Source: Bdellovibrionales bacterium
GTDB taxonomy: Bacteria > Bdellovibrionota > Bdellovibrionia > Bdellovibrionales > UBA1609
Direction: 5' to 3'
NCBI GenBank assembly: GCA_041690295.1
Contig: JAWLHR010000007.1
Location: 1 to 64,000 of the forward strand
Length of the DNA: 64,000 nt
In this document: piece after piece, positions 37,465 to 45,857 of the stretch
How the letters are laid out: each line of letters opens with the position of its first letter
Position numbering within the stretch: position 1 is the stretch's first letter
The notes under the pieces: model-generated
What the model was told of the DNA's origin: nothing
Databases searched by the model: none
The model's input: the letters and a program-made list of their open reading frames with translations, nothing else
Translations under genes and position numbers: made by a program

Positions 37465-38315
37465 TCTTCAGCCGCTCCCTGTTTGGGGGAAAGATCCTGA
37501 TGATTAGCGTTCAAAACGATAAAGATCTCCTCGAGATTCATCGGCTCCACCGCCGGTTTGACTTCCACTTCCTGGGTCATCCCGTAGCGGCTCTTGTCGA
37601 TGGACACCACGGTGCCGATGGGAAATCCCTTGGGGAACATGTTGAACATCCCGGACGAGACAACCAGGTCGCCCACTTTGACGTCATCGCTTCGCTTAAG
37701 GTGGCGAAGCCGGCAACTGCTCCGCGCCACACCCTCGATAAGTCCCCGGGCCCGCGATCTTTGGACAATCGCGTCAATTACCGCGTAGCTGTCCGTCAGG
37801 AGCAGAACCTGTGAGGAGTCATTCTCGACGCGGAATGTGTAACCCACAACGCCACCGATGGAGATCACGGCCATATTTTTCTGCACGCCATGATCAAGCC
37901 CCCGGTCGACCGTGATGGTGTTGTGATCGGGGAGAAGGTCTCGGGCGATCACCCGAGCCGCGAGCAGATTCATCTTCGAAGCCTGTTTGAATCCAAGAAG
38001 CTCACGCAATCTCTCGTTTTCCAGCTTCAGCTCGGTCAAAGCGCCCAGCTGGGCGTTCAATTCCGCGAGCTGCGTTTTGAGCATTTCATTTTGCTTTTTG
38101 ACCCCGATCAGATCCAGGTACATGGCCGTTGTGCCCCGTACACCGGAGCTGAACGAAGCGTAGCCTTGTTGCACGAGCGACGCGGTGAAACTGAAGGGTT
38201 TGGTGAACCAAAGCTCTTCTTCCGACTTTCGCTGCATGTTAATGGCGATCAGCGGAAGAACCACTAAAGCGATAATCAGAAAAACTTTGCGTAAATCAAA
38301 GGTGAAATAGTTCAT
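37461..38315 (-). CDS. mreC: Rod shape-determining protein MreC
   Basis: TM helix, coiled coil (ENERLRELL), GDLVVSSG..FPKG.PIG. Confidence 0.96.
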   Translation of the reverse strand: MNYFTFDLRKVFLIIALVVLPLIAINMQRKSEEELWFTKPFSFTASLVQQGYASFSSGVRGTTAMYLDLIGVKKQNEMLKTQLAELNAQLGALTELKLENERLRELLGFKQASKMNLLAARVIARDLLPDHNTITVDRGLDHGVQKNMAVISIGGVVGYTFRVENDSSQVLLLTDSYAVIDAIVQRSRARGLIEGVARSSCRLRHLKRSDDVKVGDLVVSSGMFNMFPKGFPIGTVVSIDKSRYGMTQEVEVKPAVEPMNLEEIFIVLNANHQDLSPKQGAAEE

Positions 38316-38401
38316 CGCTATAAGGCTAACAATGTCCTTGAAAATTGCACGAAAAATTTGGAAGCTGAGTGCCGTTTTTCAACTCGGGAGTCAGGACGGT
38401 T

Positions 38402-39904
38402 ATGTTCAAAAAAATCAAGCTTGGGACGGGCGAGGACTTTTCTTTGAAAAAATGGGTGGCGGCTTTCTTGTTCGGTGCCATCATCGTGGTTTTCGCCCTG
38501 TGGGGAGTTCATCCGGACACCTATGGTGATCGCACGGGCGGCGTCGCTGCGGTGGTCAATGACGCTTCCATTTCCCTGGCCGAATACCGCAGCCGAGTGG
38601 AAATGGTGGAGCAGAACGCCCGAATGAATTTGGACCAATTTCCCGAGGAGCAACGCCGCCGCTTTTCCCAGGAACTTCGCCGCCGCGCGCTCGATGAGTT
38701 GATTTTGGGCGAGCTGATTTACCAGGAAGCGAGCAACCGCGGGGTGCGGGCCGCCGACAGCGAGATCCGGGATGTGATCTTGCAGATTCCTTTCTTGCAG
38801 GAAAACGGCCGTTTCCTTAAGGACCGGTACCGCAATTTCCTGGCGAGCCGCAATTTGAGCAGCGAAGATTTTGAGCACCAGTTGCGTAAGCAGATCGTCA
38901 CTCAAAAGGTCCAAGAACTTTTCCTCGGATCGGCGGCGCCGACCCGCGAGGAATTGAAAAGAAATCGATATTTAGCCAACCAAAAGGTGAACATTCGCTT
39001 TGTTGAGCTGTCCGACGACGATTTCCGCAAGCCCGGTTTCATCGATGCCGCGGAGGTCGCGGAATTTTTGAAGACAAAGAAAGCGGACGTCGAAAATTAC
39101 TATAACGACAACCGGATCGAGTTCACTTTTGAGGAGCGGGTGCGCGCGCGACACATCCTGATCCGCATTGATGAAAAACGCAACGAGGACGCGGCCAAGT
39201 CCTTGGCGGAGCAGTTGCACAAGCAGGCCACGCCGGCCAACTTCGCCAGCCTGGCCCGCAAGCACAGTGATGATCGCGGCTCACGTGATAAAGGCGGCGA
39301 CCTGGGTGAATTCACCCGTGGCCAAATGGTGCCCGAGTTCGAAACGGCGGCCTTCGCCATGAAGGATGGGGAAATCAGTCAGCCGGTGAAAACCAATTTC
39401 GGTTACCACCTGATTTACTTGGAAAAAAAGCTTCCGGCCGAAACTTTGCCCCTGTCTCAAGTTGAGAAAGATATCGCCCGCAAATTGCTGGTGAAAGCCA
39501 AGCAATCGGAAATCGTGAATCAATTGCGTTCCACCGTCGAAAGCGGCTCGAAGGCCCAGGTGGAAAAGCTGATTACCAAAGCGGGGGCCACTTGGACGAC
39601 CTCGGGCGAATTCGATTTGTCATCGCCCATGATTCCCAAGTTGGGCGAAAACAACCCGCTCTTGGCGGCGATCATCCGGACCGGCAAATCCGGCGGGCTG
39701 GTGAGGCAGCTGATCGAGCGAAACGGGCAATATCTGGTGGCCGAAGTGATCAGTTGGAAGGAAGATCGGGATCCAGGCGTGGAAGTGGAGGGCACCGACC
39801 GCATGGTGGCTTTTCGTAAAGCCAACGACATGATCGAAAATTGGTCGCGCGAAATTGAGACTCGTGCCAGTATTCAACGCAACCCCCGACTCAGTCAGTT
39901 TTAA
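38402..39904 (+). CDS. PpiD-like periplasmic chaperone (SurA N-terminal + parvulin PPIase)
   Basis: N-terminal TM, RARHILI, GGDLG...MVPEFE and TNFGYHLI motifs. Confidence 0.9.
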   Translation: MFKKIKLGTGEDFSLKKWVAAFLFGAIIVVFALWGVHPDTYGDRTGGVAAVVNDASISLAEYRSRVEMVEQNARMNLDQFPEEQRRRFSQELRRRALDELILGELIYQEASNRGVRAADSEIRDVILQIPFLQENGRFLKDRYRNFLASRNLSSEDFEHQLRKQIVTQKVQELFLGSAAPTREELKRNRYLANQKVNIRFVELSDDDFRKPGFIDAAEVAEFLKTKKADVENYYNDNRIEFTFEERVRARHILIRIDEKRNEDAAKSLAEQLHKQATPANFASLARKHSDDRGSRDKGGDLGEFTRGQMVPEFETAAFAMKDGEISQPVKTNFGYHLIYLEKKLPAETLPLSQVEKDIARKLLVKAKQSEIVNQLRSTVESGSKAQVEKLITKAGATWTTSGEFDLSSPMIPKLGENNPLLAAIIRTGKSGGLVRQLIERNGQYLVAEVISWKEDRDPGVEVEGTDRMVAFRKANDMIENWSREIETRASIQRNPRLSQF

Positions 39905-39959
39905 ATCTCGAATTGAGACGGACCCCTATGGCTCAAGTTTAGAATCGGAAAGAAGGTTC

Positions 39960-39986
39960 TAACCCCGTCGGACGTTTGTCCGATAA
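39960..39986 (+). promoter_or_regulatory. Sigma28 (FliA)-like promoter
   Basis: TAAC-N15-TCCGATAA upstream of the S8 protease gene. Confidence 0.5.
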
Positions 39987-40020
39987 GATTATAAGTAAGC
40001 GTAAGCATAGGGGATGTAGA

Positions 40021-41835
40021 TTGATTCGGCTTGCAGCCGCCTCTGTATTCTTGAATCTTTTGTTACCGACCATGGTTTTGGCGCAAAACTATGTGCCAGG
40101 CGAGGTCATCGTGCGGCTGAAAAGCGATTTTGGCTCACCTGACTCCTACGCTTTCCTCGGTAAAGCCGCTTCCGATAAACAAATGCAATTGAAAGAGCAG
40201 TGGGGCAAGTTCAACATGTACCACTTCGCTTTGCAGAAGGGCCAAACGGTCGAGCAAGCGGTGCAAGAGTTGAACGCCGATCCCAACGTGCTTTACGCCG
40301 AACCCAACTACTACCTGAGCAAGACCGACCAGGTCGGACTGCATCAGGTTTTCTCCGCTAGCGAGATCCAAGCCGCGGCGGTGGCTTCTCAGGGCTATCA
40401 AGCGACCGGCGCCGATATCGGCGTGCAATCCGTTTGGTCGGACTCTAGTGTGCCGGATCAAAAACCCATCGTGGCGGTGATCGACACCGGACTTGATCTT
40501 AATCACTATGTCTTCCGCGACACGCACGCGATTTGGACCAATCCCAATGAAATTCCCGGCAATGGCGTGGATGACGACGGCAACGGCTACATCGACGACG
40601 TGAACGGATGGAATTTCGTCACCAATTCCGGCGTCATGTTCGATGACGACGGGCACGGAACGCACGTGGCGGGAATTATTCTTGGCATCGATCAGAACAT
40701 CTACACCACCGAACTTCAGGAATCGCGCATTCAAATCATGCCGCTTAAGTTTTTGAACGGAAATGGCGTGGGAACCACTTCCAACGCGATCCGGGCGATT
40801 TATTATGCGGTTAATAACGGCGCCACCGTGCTGAATAATTCCTGGGGCGGAAACTCGTACAGCGCCGCCTTACATGAGGCGGTGGCCTACACCTACACAA
40901 AAGGCGCGTTGTTCGTGGCCGCGGCCGGCAATTCCGCCATGAATAACGATGCTGTTCCCATGTATCCCGCAAGCTATGACGTTCCCAATGTCATTTCAAT
41001 TTTGGCGACCACGGACTACGATTACAAAGCGTCGTTCTCCAATTACGGTCCCACCAGCGTGCATCTGGGAAGTCCGGGAGTTTATATTTTAAGTACGGTT
41101 CCCAATGATGCTTTTGGAACCTCGTCCGGGACCAGTATGGCGGCTCCCTTCGTCGCGGGAACCGCGGCGCTGATGAAAGTGGCTTCTCCTGAAATGCTGG
41201 GTTATCAGCTGAAATCCATTCTTATGAGCCAATATGCTCCCGTTTCCCAACTGGCCGGCCAGGTGGTGACCAGCGGCCGGTTAAGTTCGGCGGCGGCGGT
41301 GAGCTTCGCCAAGACCGCGGCGGTGGAGTCCAGCCAACCGGCCTACACTTTGTCCTATGGACGCGATCCGGATTTGGCCGCGAACATCGCGGGTGGCGGT
41401 GGCTGTGGAACCGTCCGCGCTCTCACGGATTCGCAAACTCCGTTTGGAACGGCGGGTGCGGTTGTGATCCTTTTACTATTGCCGATCGTGGTTTTACTGA
41501 TCATGAGATCTCGCGCGCCGGTGAATCGTCGTAAACATGAACGCTTCAAGATTCACAGTGATGTCCGCATCCATGTGGGCGGCCGCGAAATGATCGGCTC
41601 GATCAGCTCGATCTCCCTGGGCGGTGTGCAGGTGAATACATCCGCGCTCCTGCAGGACGGCGGATTGGTGACCATGGCGATTGCGTCACCGGACGGCGGC
41701 GAGCGCATCGAAGTCACCGGACGAATTGTGTGGTCCGAGGCCAACAAGGCCTATGGTGTGGCGTTCAACCAAGCGCCACAAAGCGTACTCACACGAATCG
41801 CCGATTGGACTCGCAACCTGCAAAAGGCCTCTTAA
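40021..41835 (+). CDS. S8 subtilisin-like protease with C-terminal TM helix and PilZ domain
   Basis: Signal peptide, prodomain, triad motifs IDTG / HGTHVAG / GTSMAAP; GGGGC, TM helix, then RRKHER and SISLGG. Confidence 0.9.
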   Translation: MIRLAAASVFLNLLLPTMVLAQNYVPGEVIVRLKSDFGSPDSYAFLGKAASDKQMQLKEQWGKFNMYHFALQKGQTVEQAVQELNADPNVLYAEPNYYLSKTDQVGLHQVFSASEIQAAAVASQGYQATGADIGVQSVWSDSSVPDQKPIVAVIDTGLDLNHYVFRDTHAIWTNPNEIPGNGVDDDGNGYIDDVNGWNFVTNSGVMFDDDGHGTHVAGIILGIDQNIYTTELQESRIQIMPLKFLNGNGVGTTSNAIRAIYYAVNNGATVLNNSWGGNSYSAALHEAVAYTYTKGALFVAAAGNSAMNNDAVPMYPASYDVPNVISILATTDYDYKASFSNYGPTSVHLGSPGVYILSTVPNDAFGTSSGTSMAAPFVAGTAALMKVASPEMLGYQLKSILMSQYAPVSQLAGQVVTSGRLSSAAAVSFAKTAAVESSQPAYTLSYGRDPDLAANIAGGGGCGTVRALTDSQTPFGTAGAVVILLLLPIVVLLIMRSRAPVNRRKHERFKIHSDVRIHVGGREMIGSISSISLGGVQVNTSALLQDGGLVTMAIASPDGGERIEVTGRIVWSEANKAYGVAFNQAPQSVLTRIADWTRNLQKAS

Positions 41836-42329
41836 AAAGCCACTTTGAATTTAATGGCGAAATCGTTGATGACGTTGCCGACGTAATCCTCGTCGAACCA
41901 CACCCAATACGTATTGTAGTCAAAACCCAACGAGAACTTCGGGGTGAGCGTCCACAGGAGGGCGATGCTCAGTCCCGGACCCATGGTGGTGCTGTCACCC
42001 GGGGTGGTTGTGACGGAATCAATACTGATCACGTTAAAGGATGGCGTGAAAGCCAGGTCCCATTTCTTCTTATAAAAGTGATGGGACAGCCCGCCGCCGA
42101 AAATCATGTAACCATTGGCGCCTTTGTCGTCGTCCTTCTGAAACATGCGAAAATGTCCAACAAGACCCGTGGAATTTTCAAACAAGTGTTCGTACGCCGC
42201 ACCCAAGGCGAACCCACCGCGGCTCATGCTACCAAGGACCATTACGCCGTCTCTGTTCGCGGTGGAATCCAATTGCGCCACGGCAGGAAAACAGAAGCTG
42301 AACGCGACAAATAGCAGAATACGTTTCAT
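41832..42329 (-). CDS. Small outer-membrane beta-barrel protein
   Basis: Signal peptide, amphipathic strands, C-terminal FKVAF. Confidence 0.75.
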   Translation of the reverse strand: MKRILLFVAFSFCFPAVAQLDSTANRDGVMVLGSMSRGGFALGAAYEHLFENSTGLVGHFRMFQKDDDKGANGYMIFGGGLSHHFYKKKWDLAFTPSFNVISIDSVTTTPGDSTTMGPGLSIALLWTLTPKFSLGFDYNTYWVWFDEDYVGNVINDFAIKFKVAF

Positions 42330-42462
42330 GAACCCTCCCCACTCTTCTTAGATAAGTGAAATTGTATCGGAATGACGAGGGTTTGCATCCGTTGACGAGA
42401 TGCAAAATTTGAGGGGAGTTTCCGCGCGGTGAAACTCCCGATCAATTACCGGAAATTGAACG

Positions 42463-42615
42463 TTACTGGTTTGTGCTGCGGGATGAATCGTTGTTGGTTG
42501 ATTGCTTTTCTTTCGTGGTGGACCCTCCACTGCTGCCACGGTTGCTTTGTCCGCTGGAAGTTCCACCCTGTGACCCCGTTCGATTTCCAGACTGGTTTTG
42601 GTTTTGAGTTGGCAT
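42463..42615 (-). CDS. 50-aa hydrophilic small protein
   Basis: AAAGGAG RBS before ATG 42615; MPTQNQNQSGNRTGSQGG...; sigma54-type promoter upstream. Confidence 0.65.
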   Translation of the reverse strand: MPTQNQNQSGNRTGSQGGTSSGQSNRGSSGGSTTKEKQSTNNDSSRSTNQ

Positions 42616-42643
42616 TATGGCTCCTTTCTTTGCCATGAAGAGG

Positions 42644-42659
42644 AGCAATGGATATGCCA
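42644..42659 (-). promoter_or_regulatory. Sigma54 -24/-12 promoter
   Basis: TGGCAT-ATCCA-TTGCT with exact GG-N10-GC spacing. Confidence 0.6.
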
Positions 42660-42781
42660 CGGTTGAGACGAAGAAGTTTGAAGACCATTGGAAGGAGTGG
42701 GGAACCGAGCCCCAATGAAAATTTACTTGAGCTGTGCGTTGAATGGTGTTTCCCGCACAAGCGTTGTTCAATCATTACATT

Positions 42782-43381
42782 ATGGCCCTTTTATTTTTTA
42801 TTTTCACTTTCATCGCTAATGCGGCGGAAGTCGCCGATACGGAGAGCCCACGTCGGTCTTTCTGGTGGACGGAGATGCGCGCCGGCTACGTGTTGAGCAA
42901 TCCGGACGGTGCGGTCCACGATCATTGGCAACATGAGGTTTCCCACTCCCAGCAGGTGGCGGGCGGGCTCTTTAAGGATTTTTCGCTTCCCTGGCCGCAA
43001 CTGCGGATTTTTGTGGGTGGCGAATTGATTCATCTTTGGGCGAAAGAAACCTTGGGTGCGAGTTCACTGGATATAAAAATCACGCAAGTGAATGGAACGG
43101 GCGGCGTGACTTATCTTCCCTATTGGTGGCCCCGGTTGGGGATGAGTCTTAGGATCGCACTTCAAGCCTGGGGAATTAAAAAAACATCATTAACGACTCC
43201 CGGTTTCAGTGAGGATTTCCCGACGGAGGATCCGAATGAGGGACATATTGGAATTCTTGGCCCAGCCATCTTAGGTTTGACGGGCTTTTACCAGGTGAAT
43301 GATCAATGGCGGCCGTTTTTATATTGGGAAAATCGGCCCTTTGGTTCCGCACTCACGGCGGGGGCGCAGTATGTATTCTAA
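42782..43381 (+). CDS. Probable outer-membrane beta-barrel protein
   Basis: Signal peptide (ANA-AE), beta-strand pattern, C-terminal AQYVF. Confidence 0.7.
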   Translation: MALLFFIFTFIANAAEVADTESPRRSFWWTEMRAGYVLSNPDGAVHDHWQHEVSHSQQVAGGLFKDFSLPWPQLRIFVGGELIHLWAKETLGASSLDIKITQVNGTGGVTYLPYWWPRLGMSLRIALQAWGIKKTSLTTPGFSEDFPTEDPNEGHIGILGPAILGLTGFYQVNDQWRPFLYWENRPFGSALTAGAQYVF

Positions 43382-43757
43382 GGTCAAGGATTTGATCGCC
43401 GCTGTATTTCTGATCTTTACGGTGTTTTGCTTGTTGGCGACCTCTGCTCCGTTTGGTCAATTGCCAGTCAGTGGTTCGCACTGGATCATCTCGGATTGCG
43501 TGACTCCAGTGACCAAGACCGCGATCACGGTGGTGGATGGCTCCATAACGGAGCCGGTGGGCGTTTCGTTCATGGATTTCGGATTTCCGGCGGCGAAAAT
43601 CGACGCCACGGTGAGCGGCATCGTGAACGGAAAAAACCGCGAATGCCTGATCACCTACGGCGATGATGGTTCAGAGCACGACTTTTCAGACCATTGGCTT
43701 TATTCCTGCTTCGATAACGGTGACCACGTTTGCTCCATCTACATCAAGCCTCGTTGA
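43371..43757 (+). CDS. Small exported Cys-containing hypothetical protein
   Basis: ATG 43371 overlaps the upstream gene end; hydrophobic N-terminus; four Cys in the mature part. Confidence 0.6.
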   Translation: MYSKVKDLIAAVFLIFTVFCLLATSAPFGQLPVSGSHWIISDCVTPVTKTAITVVDGSITEPVGVSFMDFGFPAAKIDATVSGIVNGKNRECLITYGDDGSEHDFSDHWLYSCFDNGDHVCSIYIKPR

Positions 43758-44172
43758 TTTGAGAGAGCGCGAAGCGGTAGGTGAGGGGATTAACCAGTAA
43801 CGCGATCAAATCGGTGGTATCCATCGTGTTCCGCGCGGGGATGCCCATGAACCGGTAGGCGGTTTCATAAAACAAATCCGCCTCGGGAACGGTGTTGATC
43901 AGCACAAAGATCACATCGGTGATAGCGATGGCCACCAGAATGTTCGTGCGGGTGATCCAGTTCGATTTCTTTGAAACCGTATTTCGGAGCAAAACATAAA
44001 CCGCGACCAGAAAAAGCGGGAAAAAGAACACTCCCGCGAAGTCACTGAGCTTTCCCGTCCACCATCCGGAAAACGCCGATTTCAAATAAACGTCGTTCAA
44101 GAACAATGTGATCACGGCCAGTGCCGGAACCGGATGAACGAAGAAGCCAATGCTGAGATAAGGGCGACGCAC
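43744..44172 (-). CDS. Conserved hypothetical membrane protein
   Basis: LNDxxLK...WTGKLSDFAG and D.TDLIAL motifs, several TM segments. Confidence 0.75.
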   Translation of the reverse strand: MRRPYLSIGFFVHPVPALAVITLFLNDVYLKSAFSGWWTGKLSDFAGVFFFPLFLVAVYVLLRNTVSKKSNWITRTNILVAIAITDVIFVLINTVPEADLFYETAYRFMGIPARNTMDTTDLIALLVNPLTYRFALSQINEA

Positions 44173-44177
44173 CCTTG

Positions 44178-44858
44178 TTACATACCAAACAGAAGCGAGA
44201 AGTAGTAGGTTTCGGCGACAAAGCGCAAGGCGCGGTCACCGAGAGTTTGGAGTTTCTTAGTCGTATAATAAGACTGCCGGGCGGCGAGTTTCACGCCGAA
44301 CGCGTCGGAGAACATGGCCTCCAAACCCGCTTCGCCGTAGTATCCGGAGCCCATCACCACATCTTTATTTTTATATTCCGAACCCTGGGCCGCCAGCACG
44401 TCCATTTTCGAGGAGTAACTGATCGTGTGATAGCCACCCAGTCCGCCGCCCTCAATATAGGGGCGGAACCAGTAGTCGTCGATCAGCTTGAGCTTCAGGC
44501 CCAAACCGAGATCCAAAACACTGGCGCGGAATTTCACATCCGTGGCGGTGTAGTTCTGGCTGTTCGCGAGATTCGTGTAGTTGTAATTGGCCAGGCCTTC
44601 CGCGGATAAATGGCTCAGAGTCAGCGTCAGATAAAGATTCAAAACGTTGAAACCGCGTTCAATCGCGGCGGCGGCGAAGATGCCGCGGTCCATTTCATAG
44701 TCATCCTTCGGGCTTTCAATGCGAAAGTCCGCGAAGCCCGCGCCCACGCTGCCTTGAAGTCCCGTGCGCCCGCCGGTGGGTAAGCGGGGAACTCCACCAA
44801 ACTGGGCTTGAGCGGAAAATGAAATGAAGGCGAATAGAATAACTAAAAGCGATCGCAT
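44178..44858 (-). CDS. Outer-membrane beta-barrel protein (OmpA/OmpW-like 8-strand type)
   Basis: Signal peptide AQA, RPYIEGGG, alternating strands. Confidence 0.75.
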   Translation of the reverse strand: MRSLLVILFAFISFSAQAQFGGVPRLPTGGRTGLQGSVGAGFADFRIESPKDDYEMDRGIFAAAAIERGFNVLNLYLTLTLSHLSAEGLANYNYTNLANSQNYTATDVKFRASVLDLGLGLKLKLIDDYWFRPYIEGGGLGGYHTISYSSKMDVLAAQGSEYKNKDVVMGSGYYGEAGLEAMFSDAFGVKLAARQSYYTTKKLQTLGDRALRFVAETYYFSLLFGM

Positions 44859-44928
44859 GCCTTCTGATCGGGTTTTAAATAAATCTTATGAAGACCAGAA
44901 TCAGCCGCGCCTCTGCTTTGGCCCAGCT

Positions 44929-45741
44929 TTATAAGTCCGCTTTGAATTCGTACTCGATTTTTATGTCTTCGGTCTGGCGGGACGGCGGCTGGTTCACCAG
45001 GGGCATGCTTCTTTTGATCGCCGTATTGTTATAGCTAATCCCCCAACCCGCGCCGAGGGGGATTCGCACCTCATGATTCGAGTAAATGTCATGATCGGCG
45101 ATCCGGTTCATGGCGGGTTCAAATCGCAGGCTGAACTTGTAATCGATGAAGTTGAACAGTTTTGACAATTCGAAGGTGGTTCGGGTGAAAACCGTATCCT
45201 TGTCCTCGGTGACTTGGGAACTCTCGTTCGGTTTGCGCTGAGAGATCACTTGCACGTGTTTGGCGGGGCCGATGTAAAACGTCAGCTTGAATCTGGGTTG
45301 ATCGACCAAGGTGAAATTCGGTCCGATCCCGTAGGTGTCGCTGCTTTGGCTTAAAGACTCAACCGAGCCATCATCGTTTTGCTTGCGCAAGTAGGACTGA
45401 TGCCCGAAGTAAGCCACTTGTAAGGCGATCCGCTTGGACCAGAGGTCGTACTCATAACTCAATTCCTGATTGGACTCGCCCTCTTTTTGTTGCTCCAGAT
45501 AGGTGTCCTTCAAGTTGGCCTTGCCATGGGCCGTGGATTTTCCGAATTCAAATTTGAGCTCCGTGTCACCCGCGAAGGTCGATGTGGTGCGGGTTTCGCG
45601 GATGCGATTGGCCGAAACACCGACTCGCCCGTTGAAGTGCTTTTTTGTTTCCTTACTTGTGGTGGAGCTTTCTTCGGTCTGCGCCCAAGTGGAATTCAGG
45701 GAGAATAAACTGATTAAAACGCCATAGATGAGCATTCGCAT
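44929..45741 (-). CDS. Outer-membrane beta-barrel protein (DUF481-like)
   Basis: Signal peptide, strand pattern, IEYEF near the C-terminus. The family call is tentative. Confidence 0.6.
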   Translation of the reverse strand: MRMLIYGVLISLFSLNSTWAQTEESSTTSKETKKHFNGRVGVSANRIRETRTTSTFAGDTELKFEFGKSTAHGKANLKDTYLEQQKEGESNQELSYEYDLWSKRIALQVAYFGHQSYLRKQNDDGSVESLSQSSDTYGIGPNFTLVDQPRFKLTFYIGPAKHVQVISQRKPNESSQVTEDKDTVFTRTTFELSKLFNFIDYKFSLRFEPAMNRIADHDIYSNHEVRIPLGAGWGISYNNTAIKRSMPLVNQPPSRQTEDIKIEYEFKADL

Positions 45742-45857
45742 TTCGGCGGCATACTAGCGACAGACCGAGCTGATGGAAACCATTTTGAATCAGATTCGAT
45801 AAATTTCAGGCGGCACGGCGCACGGCGTACCCAGACCTTGGGCCTGGATTTATTGAG

